Positions 19,158 to 28,673 of a DNA stretch of 64,000 bases are shown here, one piece after another. Below the pieces are notes generated by a model. That model saw only the letters and a list, made by a program, of their open reading frames with translations. It did no database searches and was not told where the DNA came from. Source of the DNA: Fibrobacteria bacterium. GTDB lineage: Bacteria; Fibrobacterota; Fibrobacteria; UBA5070. Within the stretch, counting starts at the first letter, position 1. Each line of letters begins with the position of its first letter. Made by a program: the position numbers and the translations under genes. The stretch covers positions 139,553 to 203,552 of the forward strand of contig JACKCV010000002.1 in NCBI GenBank assembly GCA_020633825.1, in the 5' to 3' direction.

Positions 19158-20630
19158 TCAGTCTCCTTCGACGAGTCGCTCGACCCCGGGCAATCCCCCG
19201 GCCCAGGCGGGAGCTCCCCGGGCGAATCTCCTGACCTCCTCTTCCCTGCCGGCCGCGAGTTCCTTCTCGAGGATGTCCGCGATGCGATGGAACAATTCCT
19301 GGCGCGGGAAGCCTGGATCGATGCGCCAAGGCGCGGCTCCGGAGCGGATGTCCTCCACCAGGCGTGAGGAGGCCTCGTCGACATCCCGGGGGGGATGGTC
19401 CGGTGGGAGGCCGCCGACACGTCGCTTCAGATCGCGGTGACGGAGGATGGACGGGTTGGTTCCGCGTACCGTCCGAGCCAGGAGATTCGAGGCCGATTCG
19501 CGATCTCCCAGGAGGAGGAAGGCGGCCGCCAAGTCGGCGACCGTTTCGGCATCGTCGGAGTTCGCTTTCAGCGCCGATTCCATGGAAGGAAAGGCGGCCT
19601 CGACCTGGCCCATGGCGACGAGAAGGAGAGCCCGCAGCGAGGGAAGGCTCGAGGAGCGGTCCAAGGCCTCTTCCATCCGTCCGAGTCCGAACAGCAGACG
19701 CGCCTCGAGCCGCGCGTCGGGTGCCGCATCGAGCCATTCGAGAGCTCCAACCCTGTTTCCGCGCGCCTCTTCGAGGCGGGCGACGGCGGTCCGGAAGTCG
19801 GAATCCCCCTGGCACTCCTCCTCGAATTCCCGCGCGCATTCGAGGGCAGCACCCAACTCGCCGTTCGCCCACAGGTCCAGACTCGCTCCCGCCACGGCCC
19901 GCGGCCACCAGGGCCATTGCCGCCGGAGGGAGGTGCCGCGTCGCCGCGCGTCCTCGATGCAGGCCGTCCACGCCTGGGACGTCTCCCATTCGAGGAGTGG
20001 ATCGAAGAGCCCCTCCAAGGTGACGGCGAGCTTGAACAGGTCGTAGGCGTCGGAGGCGCCGCGGTCCCTGCTGGATCGAAGAATGCGAAGGTTCCGCTCC
20101 AGCTTCCCCCGGGAGGCGACCACATCGTCCTGGTAGCCGTGGTGGATCAGGCGAAGGTCGAGGGGGGATGGGGCCGGGAGGGAGGATTCGGCCAGCGCAT
20201 CCAGGATGGTCTCGTGCAGGGCGTGCGTGTAGCGCAGCCGTGGGTCGCGGCGAAACAGGCGGGGTTGCCGGACGACCTCGATCCCCCCACCCCCCCGGAG
20301 TTCGACTTCGACCAGGTGGCAGACCGCCGGACCGGCTCCCAGGCTCTCCAATGCCGAGCGCCGGGGAGGGCACAGCTCCTCGTCGGCGTCGATCTGGAGG
20401 ATCCATTCCCCGCGGGCCATCTCCAGGCAGGCGTTGCGCGCCCGGCTGAAATCGTCCATCCATTCGACCGACCCGATCCGGGCCCCGTGGGAGCGGGCGA
20501 TCTCGAGGGTCCGGTCCTTCGATCCGGTGTCGAGCAGGCAGATCTCGTCGACGATCCCGTGGAGGGAGGCGAGGCAACGGTCGAGGAATCGTTCCTCGTC
20601 GCGGACGATCAGGCAGGCGGAGATGGTCAT
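19158..20630 (-). CDS. GT2-family glycosyltransferase with C-terminal TPR domain (paralog, convergent)
   Basis: ATG at 20630; 'MTISACLIVRDEERFL', 'LLDTGSKDRT', 'ILQIDADEEL'; 490 aa. Confidence 0.8.
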   Translation of the reverse strand: MTISACLIVRDEERFLDRCLASLHGIVDEICLLDTGSKDRTLEIARSHGARIGSVEWMDDFSRARNACLEMARGEWILQIDADEELCPPRRSALESLGAGPAVCHLVEVELRGGGGIEVVRQPRLFRRDPRLRYTHALHETILDALAESSLPAPSPLDLRLIHHGYQDDVVASRGKLERNLRILRSSRDRGASDAYDLFKLAVTLEGLFDPLLEWETSQAWTACIEDARRRGTSLRRQWPWWPRAVAGASLDLWANGELGAALECAREFEEECQGDSDFRTAVARLEEARGNRVGALEWLDAAPDARLEARLLFGLGRMEEALDRSSSLPSLRALLLVAMGQVEAAFPSMESALKANSDDAETVADLAAAFLLLGDRESASNLLARTVRGTNPSILRHRDLKRRVGGLPPDHPPRDVDEASSRLVEDIRSGAAPWRIDPGFPRQELFHRIADILEKELAAGREEEVRRFARGAPAWAGGLPGVERLVEGD

Positions 20631-20770
20631 GCCCGGGAATCCTAGTTCCCGACGCGGGTCCTCCCCAAACGCAAAGGACCGCCCTCCCGTGGAAGGGAGA
20701 GCGGCCCTATCGTCGGGACGACCTCCGGACCGGGTCTCGAGCCCCGGTGCCGGAGGGCGAGCCAGCGCGA

Positions 20771-21595
20771 CTACCTCAGAAGACTCATGACGCCTTGCGG
20801 GAGCTGGTTGGCCTGGGCCAGCATGCTCTGGGCGGAATTGGTCAGGATCTGGTTGCGAGTGAACTTCGTGGTTTCCGTGGCGAAGTCCGTGTCGCGGATC
20901 CGACTTTCGGCGTCCGTCATGTTCGTGATCGAAACACCAAGGTTCGAGACGGTCTTTTCGAGCCGGTTCATCGCCGCACCCACATCGGAGCGCATGGAAA
21001 GAACGGACGTGAGAGCCGTATCGATGCTGTTGATCGCCGACTGCGCCGCCGACTGCGTACTGACCGCGCCGAGGCTGAGATCGCCGGCAAGGTTGGTCGC
21101 AAGGGAGAAGCTGATGGTCGAAGAACTGGCCGCGTTGCCCGACGAACCGGCGGCGGACACCTGGAAGGAGAAGGTCGACGTGGTCGACAGCAGATCCACA
21201 CCGTTGTAGGTGGTGGACTGTGCGATCCGCGTGATTTCCGACTTCAGTGCCGTGAATTCCGCCTGGATGTAGGAGCGGTCGGTATTGGTGTAGGTTCCGT
21301 TGGAGGATTGGATCGCCAGCTCGCGCATGCGTTGCAGGGAGTTGGTGATTTCCTGGGTCCCGGATTCCGCGATCTGGAGCATGGCCAGGGAGTCGTTCGA
21401 ATTTCGCTGGGCCGTCTGGCTGCCGCGGATCTGCGAACGCAGGCCCTCGGAGACGGAAAGACCGGCGGCATCGTCGGCGGCTCTGTTGATGCGAAGGCCC
21501 GTGGAAAGCTTCTCCAGGGACTTCGACATGGCCATGTTCGTCGTCGCGAGCGAATTCTGGGCATTCGTCGCGTTGACGTTGTTGTAGATGCGCAT
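20771..21595 (-). CDS. fliC: Flagellin (274 aa)
   Basis: N-terminus 'MRIYNNVNATNAQNSL...LSTGLRINRAADDAAGLSVSEGLRSQI'; C-terminus 'LAQANQLPQGVMSLLR'; GGAGG RBS. Confidence 0.92.
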   Translation of the reverse strand: MRIYNNVNATNAQNSLATTNMAMSKSLEKLSTGLRINRAADDAAGLSVSEGLRSQIRGSQTAQRNSNDSLAMLQIAESGTQEITNSLQRMRELAIQSSNGTYTNTDRSYIQAEFTALKSEITRIAQSTTYNGVDLLSTTSTFSFQVSAAGSSGNAASSSTISFSLATNLAGDLSLGAVSTQSAAQSAINSIDTALTSVLSMRSDVGAAMNRLEKTVSNLGVSITNMTDAESRIRDTDFATETTKFTRNQILTNSAQSMLAQANQLPQGVMSLLR

Positions 21596-21700
21596 GATGC
21601 ACCTCCATGTGGTCGTTCAAGACAGGACAGCGTCCTTGCCGTCCATCCCGGATCCCTCCGGACGCCCGCCTCGCGGTTGGAGACCGGAGTTCCCCTCATA

Positions 21701-21730
21701 CTTATCGGATGAATCATTCTTGCGTTTTAG
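21701..21730 (-). promoter_or_regulatory. Sigma-28 (FliA)-like promoter TAAAACGC-N12-TCCGATAA upstream of flagellin 1
   Basis: Minus-strand reading 'CTAAAACGCAAGAATGATTCATCCGATAAG', ~105-135 nt upstream of the ATG. Confidence 0.5.
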
Positions 21731-21836
21731 CCTTTATTCATCGGCATTCGCGAGTCGGCTAGACAGAAAACGACAAAGACCGCGCAGCCCGAAGGCGGCG
21801 CGGTCCCGAGTGCCTGGAAGGCTCTTCAGGGGGTCA

Positions 21837-22661
21837 TCAACGCAGCAGGCTCATGACGCCCTGCGGGAGCTGGTTGGCCTGGGACAACATGCTCTGCGCG
21901 GAGTTGGTCAAGATCTGATTGCGGGTGAACTTCGTGCTCTCCATCGCGAAGTCGGTGTCGCGGATGCGGCTTTCCGCGTCGGTCATGTTGGTGATGGCCA
22001 CGCCGAGGTTCGAGACGGTCTTCTCCAGGCGGTTCATGGCGGCACCCACGTCCGACCGCATCGAAAGCACCGAGGTCAGGGCCGTGTCGATGCTGGTGAT
22101 GGCCGTCTGCGCCGCCGACTGGGTGCTGACCGCACCGAGGGAGAGGTCTCCCGCGAGATTGGTTGCCAGGGAGAAGCTGATCGTCGAGGAGCTCGCCGAG
22201 GCTCCGGCGGATCCGGCCGCGGAGACCTGGAAGGAGAAGGTCGAGGTGGTGGAGAGCAGATCGACGTTATTGTAGGTCGTGCTCTGGGCGATGCGGGTGA
22301 TTTCCGACTTCAAGGCCGTGTATTCGGCCTGGATGTAGGAACGGTCCGTGTTGGTGTAGGTGCCGTTGGAGGACTGGATGGCCAATTCCCGCATGCGCTG
22401 CAGGGAGTTGGTGATCTCCTGGGTTCCGGATTCCGCGATCTGGAGCATGGCGAGAGCGTCGTTGGAATTCCGCTGGGCCGTCTGGCTGCCGCGGATCTGC
22501 GAACGCAGACCTTCGGAGACCGACAGACCGGCGGCATCGTCGGCGGCTCTGTTGATGCGTAGACCGGTGGAAAGCTTCTCCAGGGACTTCGACATGGCCA
22601 CGTTGGCGGTGGCGAGCGAGTTCTGGGTTCCAATGGCGTTGACGTTGTTGTAAATGCGCAT
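21837..22661 (-). CDS. fliC: Flagellin (274 aa; ~95% identical to copy 1)
   Basis: 'MRIYNNVNAIGTQNSL...'; start picked inside ORF 21837..23042; GGAGG RBS. Confidence 0.92.
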   Translation of the reverse strand: MRIYNNVNAIGTQNSLATANVAMSKSLEKLSTGLRINRAADDAAGLSVSEGLRSQIRGSQTAQRNSNDALAMLQIAESGTQEITNSLQRMRELAIQSSNGTYTNTDRSYIQAEYTALKSEITRIAQSTTYNNVDLLSTTSTFSFQVSAAGSAGASASSSTISFSLATNLAGDLSLGAVSTQSAAQTAITSIDTALTSVLSMRSDVGAAMNRLEKTVSNLGVAITNMTDAESRIRDTDFAMESTKFTRNQILTNSAQSMLSQANQLPQGVMSLLR

Positions 22662-22783
22662 GATGTCCAACCTCCGTGTCGGGCGTATGCAGGTGACGAC
22701 GCTTCCGGGAGAGGCTCCCGGAAGTTCCCTTCTTCGGTGGTTTCCTCCATCCTTGGAGGTCCCTTCCGACTCTTCTTCCATTC

Positions 22784-22810
22784 TTTCGGCGATTTGGCGG
22801 CGCGACTTGA
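22784..22810 (-). promoter_or_regulatory. Weak sigma-28-like promoter TCAAGTCG-N12-GCCGAAAG upstream of flagellin 2
   Basis: Minus-strand reading of 'ctttcggcgatttggcggcgcgacttga'; partial match to consensus. Confidence 0.3.
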
Positions 22811-23076
22811 GGGTTTTTTGGCGATCCAGGGGGGAAGGACGGAGCGATGCCGCCTCCCTGCGGTCCTGGGGAGGGAGGCGTCTCCGCGCCGCCGAGGAGG
22901 GGCAACCGCGCCGCGGAGGCGTCTTCGGGGGAATGCGTAGCTCCCGACCGATCGGTCGATCCCGGGGGGGGGCGGGGCGTTCGGCCAGAAAGGCCAAAGC
23001 CCGCCCCGGTAGATCCGGGACGGGCTCGAGGGATCTCCCCAAGGGAGGAGGGAGGAGAGGGGAGACCCCGTTTCGA

Positions 23077-23883
23077 TCACTTCAAGAGGGACATCACGTT
23101 GTTGGGCAGCTGGTTGGCCTGGGCCAGCATGCTGGTGGCCGACTGGTTGAGAATCTGGTTGCGCGTGAACTGGGTGGACTCGGTGGCGAAGTCCGTGTCG
23201 CGGATGCGGCTTTCCGCGTCGGCGTAGTTGGTGATCATCACGCCCAGGTTGTTCACCGTCTTCTCCAGCCGATTCATGGTGGAGCCGATGGTGGAGCGCA
23301 GCGACAGCACCGAGGTCAGGGCCGTGTCGATGGTGGAGATCGCGGCTTGGGCCAGGCTCTGGCCGGAAACCGCACCCAGGGTGAGTCCGGTCAGGTCCAC
23401 GGCGGTGAAGGAGATGGTCGAGGAGTTCCCCGATCCGGCCGAGGAGACCTGGAAGGAGAACGGAGTGGAACCGGCCAGCAACTGCACGTCGTTGTAGGTG
23501 ACGGACTGCGCGATGCGGGTGATTTCGGAGGCGAGCGCGTCGTATTCGGCCTGGATGTACTGGCGCTCGTGGTTGGTGTAGGTTCCGTTGGCCGATTGGA
23601 TGGCCAGTTCCCGCATGCGCTGCAGGGAGTTGGTGATCTCCTGCGTTCCACCTTCGGCGATCTGCAGCATCGCCAGCGCATCGTTGGAGTTGCGGCGGGC
23701 CATGTCGGAGCCGCGGATCTGCGAACGCAGCCCTTCGGACACGGACAGGCCGGCGGCGTCGTCGGCGGCGCGGTTGATGCGAAGTCCGGTGGACAACTTC
23801 TCCAGGCTCTTGGACATCAGGCGGTTGGATGTCATCAGCGAGTTCTGGGTGTTGATGGAGTCGACGTTGTTATAGATGCGCAT
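23077..23883 (-). CDS. fliC: Flagellin (268 aa; diverged third copy)
   Basis: 'MRIYNNVDSINTQNSLMTSNRLMSKSLEKLSTGLRINRAADDAAGL...NNVMSLLK'; start picked inside ORF 23077..23991. Confidence 0.9.
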   Translation of the reverse strand: MRIYNNVDSINTQNSLMTSNRLMSKSLEKLSTGLRINRAADDAAGLSVSEGLRSQIRGSDMARRNSNDALAMLQIAEGGTQEITNSLQRMRELAIQSANGTYTNHERQYIQAEYDALASEITRIAQSVTYNDVQLLAGSTPFSFQVSSAGSGNSSTISFTAVDLTGLTLGAVSGQSLAQAAISTIDTALTSVLSLRSTIGSTMNRLEKTVNNLGVMITNYADAESRIRDTDFATESTQFTRNQILNQSATSMLAQANQLPNNVMSLLK

Positions 23884-24047
23884 GGGGAAACCTCCCTGTT
23901 TTGGAGCTTGCGGGCCGGCCCGCACGGCTTCCCTGCCGCGACGAGATCCGGAAGAAGCGGTTCGCGGTTCCGGCGCTTTGGGTGTTTCCACCCGCGCGAA
24001 CCTGCTTCCTGGATTGGTTGTTGGTTTGCCGGAAATTCATGGTGCGC

Positions 24048-25145
24048 CTACATCACGACCAGTTCGGCCTGGAGGGCGCCGGACTTCTGGATGGCCTCGA
24101 GGATCGCGATCAAGTCGCGGGGCGAGGCTCCCAGGGTGTTGAGGGCGCGGGCGAGTTCGCCCACGTTGGTGGAGGCGGGGAGGACGCGGACCTGGTCCTG
24201 GCGTTCCTCCGTCTGGATGGAAGGGGTGGCGGTGGTCCGGGTCGTGCCGGCCGCGAAGGCGTTGGGTTGGCTGGTCTGGTAGCCCGGGTCGACCTTGATG
24301 GTCAAGGATCCGTGGGTGACGGCGACCTCGTCGATGAGGACGTCCGATCCGGCGACGATGGTGCCGGTGCGTTCGTTGACCACGATCCGGGCGGGCCGGT
24401 CCATCTCCACCCGGAGGTTTTCCAGCTTGGCGATCAGGGAGGCCCGGCCTTCCTTGGGTTCCTTGCCCGTGAACCGGACGCTCGCCGCATCTTCCGCGAT
24501 CGCGCTCCCCTTGCCGAAGGCGGTTTCGATGGAGGTGGCCAATGCGGAGGCGACCGTGAAGTCCGGGCTGCGCAGCGAAAGTCGGAGCGGTCCGTCGTCG
24601 AGACGGACGGCGAGGTTCTCCCGTTGGACGATGGCGCCGGCGGGGATGACGCCCGTGGCGGATTGTCCTTGCGAGATGCTGGCTCCGGCGAGTCCCCTCT
24701 CGATCCCGCCCGCGGTGCCCAGCGGACCTTGGGCGACGGCGTAGAGTTCGCCATCCGGCCCCTTGAGCGGAGCCATCAGGAGGACGCCGCCGGTGAGGGA
24801 GCGTGCGTCGCCCATGGAGGAGACGTGGACGTCCACGCGCCCACCGGGTTTGGCGAAGGGAGGAAGGTCGGCCGTCACCAGGACCGCCGCGACATTGCGA
24901 AGCCGGATCTGGTTGCGGTCCACTTCCAGGCCCATGTTGCGCAAGAGGTTCAAGGTGGAGCGCTGGGTCACTCCCGATCCGGGGCCGTCCCCCGTACCGG
25001 CCAGTCCGACGACGAGTCCGTAGCCGAGGAGAGGCGTGCGGGAGACGCCCTGGACATCGGCCATGTCCTTGACCCTGACCTGCTGGCTCTGGACGGAAAC
25101 CGTCAGCAGCAGCACGGCGAACGGGATGTGGAACGCGGCGCGCAT
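24048..25145 (-). CDS. flgI: Flagellar P-ring protein FlgI
   Basis: Signal peptide then 'VKDMADVQGVSRTPLLGYGLVVGLAGTGD'; 365 aa; ATG overlaps the flgH stop (TGATG). Confidence 0.9.
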   Translation of the reverse strand: MRAAFHIPFAVLLLTVSVQSQQVRVKDMADVQGVSRTPLLGYGLVVGLAGTGDGPGSGVTQRSTLNLLRNMGLEVDRNQIRLRNVAAVLVTADLPPFAKPGGRVDVHVSSMGDARSLTGGVLLMAPLKGPDGELYAVAQGPLGTAGGIERGLAGASISQGQSATGVIPAGAIVQRENLAVRLDDGPLRLSLRSPDFTVASALATSIETAFGKGSAIAEDAASVRFTGKEPKEGRASLIAKLENLRVEMDRPARIVVNERTGTIVAGSDVLIDEVAVTHGSLTIKVDPGYQTSQPNAFAAGTTRTTATPSIQTEERQDQVRVLPASTNVGELARALNTLGASPRDLIAILEAIQKSGALQAELVVM

Positions 25146-25717
25146 CAGAAGATCCAGTCCAGGAAGCGGGCGATCGGCCCCTTGCGCGCGGCCTCGGAGT
25201 CGGCGCCCCGTCCCGAGTAGGTCACCTTGGCGTCGGCCAGACGGCCGGATCTCACGGTGTTTTCGGCGGAGATGTCCTCGGGGCGCAGCAATCCGGCGAC
25301 GGTGAGGATCTCGGTCTCGTCGTTGATCACGACCTGCTTGGTCCCTTCGACCCGGAGGGTTCCGTTGGGAAGGACTTCGATCACCCTCGCGCTGACCACG
25401 GCCTGCATGCTGCCTGCGCGGGAGGTGTTTCCAAGCCCCTTGAAATCGGCGTCCAGGGCGGACTTGGCGGAGGCGTCGGGGAGGAATCCCAGGATCCCGG
25501 ATCCCGCCTGCATTCCCACCGATCCCTTGGAGCTGCTCTGGGTGTTGGTCTGGGCGGCGTTGCGGGCGGTGTTGTCCTCCTCGACGAGGACCGTGACCAC
25601 GTCGTCCACGCGCCGGCTGCGGTGGTCGCTGGTGAGCGAGAAGTCGGAAGGAAGCCTCTCCGCCGCCGAAGCGACGGAAAGTGTCATGAGCGCTGCGATC
25701 GCGGATGGGATCTTCAT
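25145..25717 (-). CDS. flgH: Flagellar L-ring protein FlgH
   Basis: 190 aa with signal peptide; 'VTVLVEEDNTARNAAQTNTQ...' and position upstream of flgI. Confidence 0.8.
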   Translation of the reverse strand: MKIPSAIAALMTLSVASAAERLPSDFSLTSDHRSRRVDDVVTVLVEEDNTARNAAQTNTQSSSKGSVGMQAGSGILGFLPDASAKSALDADFKGLGNTSRAGSMQAVVSARVIEVLPNGTLRVEGTKQVVINDETEILTVAGLLRPEDISAENTVRSGRLADAKVTYSGRGADSEAARKGPIARFLDWIF

Positions 25718-26232
25718 CGTCTCGGCTCTCCGTCGAAGGGGTGGAAGGTTTCCGTTCGACGAGACTCCTAATCCAAAGTCGTGCCAATCCTCAGAATGGA
25801 GGTCTGGAGGGCGATTTTCCGCCGGGGGTGGACAGGTTTGCCTCCCCGGCGGAAGGCGGGGGAGCGGTTTCTGCCCACCGATGGGCGGCGATCCATCCCT
25901 CGGGGTACCGATCGTGCGGGGGAAACGAAACAGGCCTCCCCGGGAACGGGAAGGCCTGCCGAAATGGGACGAGGAGGGTCAGACTGGATGGCGGTTGCAT
26001 TCCCCGATTGCTTATATCCCCGCTGCCAGAGCCTGTCTGACCTACGACCAGCCGGAGTAAACTCCAGAGGGTCCTCCTCTGTAGGAAAAAGTATCACAAG
26101 CATCTGCTGTTGGCTAGACCCAAACGAACTCCGGAATGTGGGCTTCGCCAGGAGCGAGGGATCGAGGGGGCGTGCCCGGTCCGGTCTTCTGCTTGGGCCG
26201 CCCGCGGGATGCCAGCCTGGGAAAGCAAAAAG

Positions 26233-26265
26233 GCCACCGGGGTAAACCCCGGTGGCCAAGATTCG
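26233..26265 (-). terminator. Intrinsic-terminator-like hairpin (GGCCACCGGGG-UUUA-CCCCGGUGGCC) followed by U5 on the minus strand
   Basis: Perfect 11-bp GC stem; T5 follows only on the minus strand. Confidence 0.5.
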
Positions 26266-26556
26266 GATGGCCTGCCGACCACGCGACGCATCGAAGCGGC
26301 GGTGGGGCAAGTATCGGAATGGGCTGGAGTCCTCGCCCGGATCCAGCTTGCGAGTAAAGATGCCTTCTTCCAAGTCATCCGGCGAGGGGGAATGGCGGGT
26401 CGCGCATTCTCGGGAAGGCGGGAATCGGAATTGTTCCGGCCATCCCGAAGGGGGAGGGAATGGGGGGAGGGCGACCGGTTTCTACGTTGGCGGTCCCAAC
26501 CGGGATCTCCTGTGGAGGTCTTCCGTGGTTCCAACCTCTGTCCGGGAGCAATCCTC

Positions 26557-27027
26557 ATGGCTCGCAAGTCCGCCCCCTCCAACGAAGCCTCGCTTCGCAT
26601 CATCGCCGCCGGCATCGTCGTCTCCGAGGGGGATGATGTGCAGCTCTTCTCCTGGCAGCAGGTGGTCGACCGCCTCGGCCAAGCGGACTCCGACTTGACC
26701 TTGCACATCGAATGGGGATCCGATTTCCGCGAGGACGCCTTCGACTGGGCCGAAGTCCTGACTTTCCAGGACGAGGTGGGAGCCATCCGGCACGAGGTCC
26801 AGGAAGGCGGAAAGGCCGTGGGCACCACCGAATGCATCGTCGAATTCGAAGCCGATCGCATGCGGCTCTACTACGAAGGCGAGGATGGTTCCGAGGCGGG
26901 AATCACCACGGTCTATTTCGAGGGGGCCGACGTGTTCAATCCCCTGTCGGCGGAATTCCTGCCTTTCGGCGCGCGCAAGCCGATCCCCGCGCAGGCGGTG
27001 TGGTTCTCCGGGTCGCTCGCTCTCTGA
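26557..27027 (+). CDS. Hypothetical protein (~156 aa)
   Basis: 'GGAG' RBS before 'MARKSAPSNEASLRIIAAG...'; acidic, balanced composition. Internal start chosen within ORF 26110..27027. Confidence 0.45.
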   Translation: MARKSAPSNEASLRIIAAGIVVSEGDDVQLFSWQQVVDRLGQADSDLTLHIEWGSDFREDAFDWAEVLTFQDEVGAIRHEVQEGGKAVGTTECIVEFEADRMRLYYEGEDGSEAGITTVYFEGADVFNPLSAEFLPFGARKPIPAQAVWFSGSLAL

Positions 27028-27034
27028 GCCCGGC

Positions 27035-27880
27035 CTAGATCCGGTCCAGCGCGTCCTGGACCGCACCCCTCCATGGATCCCCGAACAGCACGAGGTGGTT
27101 CAGGAGGTGGAGGAGATTGTAGAGCGGAATCCGTTCGGTCCAGCGCGGATCGAGGTCGTGGGTGCGTGTGGCGGTGCGGAGGAAGCGCGGGGGAATCCCA
27201 CCGAAGAGCGCGGTCATGGCCAGGTCGGCTTCCTGCCAGCCGTAGTGGGTGGCGGGATCGATGAGACAAGGGGCGCCCTGTTCATCGCAGAGGATGTTCC
27301 CCGACCAGAGGTCTCCGTGGATCAGGACGGCGGGGCTGGAGGGGACGCGCTCCCGGAGGGAATCGGTCACTTTCTCGACCTTCCGCAAGGTTTCCTTGTC
27401 GAGGAGTCCGCGGTCGAAGGCCGCGGCGGCCAGGGGTCTCAATCGTCTTCCTGCGAAGAAGGCCCATCCATCGTCCGACCAGCGATTGTCCAGTTCGGTG
27501 GAGCCCAGCCAGGTGGGACCGTGGAACCCGAAGGCCGGGCCGCGGACCGAATGCAGGACGGCCAGCTGCTCGGCCAGGCGATCCCAGAACTCCGGGGACG
27601 GTTCGGTGCGGTGGATCCATTCCAGGACCAGCAGTCCAGGTTCGCAGTGGAGCACTTCGGGAATGCGAGGGGCGCCCGGGATGCGCAGAGCGGCCAAGGC
27701 GAGGGATTCCGCTTCGCTGGAATCATCCCCGACCGTCGGGGAGGGCTGTTTCGCCACGGCTTGCTGCCCATCCTGCCAGAGGATGTGGTGCACGCGGGCA
27801 CCGGCATCGTTGGCGATGGATCTGGTTTCGGGAGTCCCGCTTCGGTAGTTTCGGAGCCCTTGGACAAGGGATGGGGCCAT
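27035..27880 (-). CDS. Fructosamine-kinase-family / aminoglycoside-phosphotransferase-fold protein kinase
   Basis: 'LIHGDLWSGNIL' catalytic loop; 'PLYNLLHLLNHLVLFG' typical of the FN3K family. Confidence 0.8.
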   Translation of the reverse strand: MAPSLVQGLRNYRSGTPETRSIANDAGARVHHILWQDGQQAVAKQPSPTVGDDSSEAESLALAALRIPGAPRIPEVLHCEPGLLVLEWIHRTEPSPEFWDRLAEQLAVLHSVRGPAFGFHGPTWLGSTELDNRWSDDGWAFFAGRRLRPLAAAAFDRGLLDKETLRKVEKVTDSLRERVPSSPAVLIHGDLWSGNILCDEQGAPCLIDPATHYGWQEADLAMTALFGGIPPRFLRTATRTHDLDPRWTERIPLYNLLHLLNHLVLFGDPWRGAVQDALDRI

Positions 27881-27968
27881 TTTCCAGGTCCTCGCGTGGA
27901 TCGTAGGTGGGGATGCTGGTCGAGGAACACTATATTTTCAGCGAACACCCGCGCAGGAATCCGGAGAC

Positions 27969-28487
27969 ATGAGCGACAAGGACCAGGTCCGGAAGCGGAT
28001 CAACACATTCATAGACCCCAAGAACTACGAGTCCGACTTGACTTCGGACGTTCTCAAGCTGATCAAGAGCGTCTACGACGACTTTCGATTGCAGGGCGTT
28101 CCCACGGCCAAGGCCGCGGAGCAGACCCGAATCGAAATCCAGTCCTGGAAGTACTTGTTCCGGGTGAGGAAGTCGGAGTTTGCCGACCTCCTCCAACAGA
28201 TCGAGGGGATTTGCTCCAAGACCGATTTTTCTCGGTTGGAAACCCCTCCTCTCGACCTCGTCGAGGGGGAATCCAACAAGATCAAGGTCTACTACCGAGG
28301 GAAGAAGTTCCAACTTCAGGTGCCCAAGGGATACCAGATCCAGCCGGAGCACCTCGAACGGATGCGCAAGACCGTGGTCGAGCTGTATTTCGACAACATC
28401 GACGATTTCGGGGACCGCACCCTCAAGGCGACCATGACGGTCCAGCGTCTCGAAACCCTGCCGCGATACGACCTCTGGTTCGAGTGA
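27969..28487 (+). CDS. Hypothetical protein (172 aa), markedly lower-GC and K-rich
   Basis: Sequence is visibly AT-richer than its flanks; lone plus-strand gene between two minus-strand genes. Confidence 0.6.
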   Translation: MSDKDQVRKRINTFIDPKNYESDLTSDVLKLIKSVYDDFRLQGVPTAKAAEQTRIEIQSWKYLFRVRKSEFADLLQQIEGICSKTDFSRLETPPLDLVEGESNKIKVYYRGKKFQLQVPKGYQIQPEHLERMRKTVVELYFDNIDDFGDRTLKATMTVQRLETLPRYDLWFE

Positions 28488-28552
28488 GGGAGAGCCTTCC
28501 GAATCCCTGACCGCGGGTCCAGGTTCGGAATCGGTGCCGGAAATGACAAGAC

Positions 28553-28585
28553 CCCGCAGGTGCTCGACACCGCGGGGCCTTTTTG
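28553..28585 (+). terminator. Putative intrinsic terminator (CCCCGC...GCGGGG stem, then CCTTTTTGC)
   Basis: 6-bp GC stem followed by a T5 run, ~65 nt after the stop at 28487. Confidence 0.45.
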
Positions 28586-28673
28586 CATCGGAATGCGATC
28601 CGGATTCCCGACGCCCATCCCCGTGGAGGTCGACACCTTGGGTGGCGATTCCTCCCGGATGACGGCAGGCGGG

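Noticed and set aside
25720-25760. Possible sigma-54 promoter (TGGCAC) upstream of flgH on the minus strand
   Set aside because: TGGCAC is present but the -12 GC element is absent at the required spacing (GG-N10-GA).
25768-26373. ORFs 25768..26373 (-) and 25781..26245 (+) in the flgH upstream region
   Set aside because: R/G/P-rich, no RBS, mutually overlapping; region treated as non-coding.
27900-28590. Mobile element call for the low-GC island
   Set aside because: No integrase, transposase, tRNA target or inverted/direct terminal repeats are visible; reported only as a compositional anomaly.
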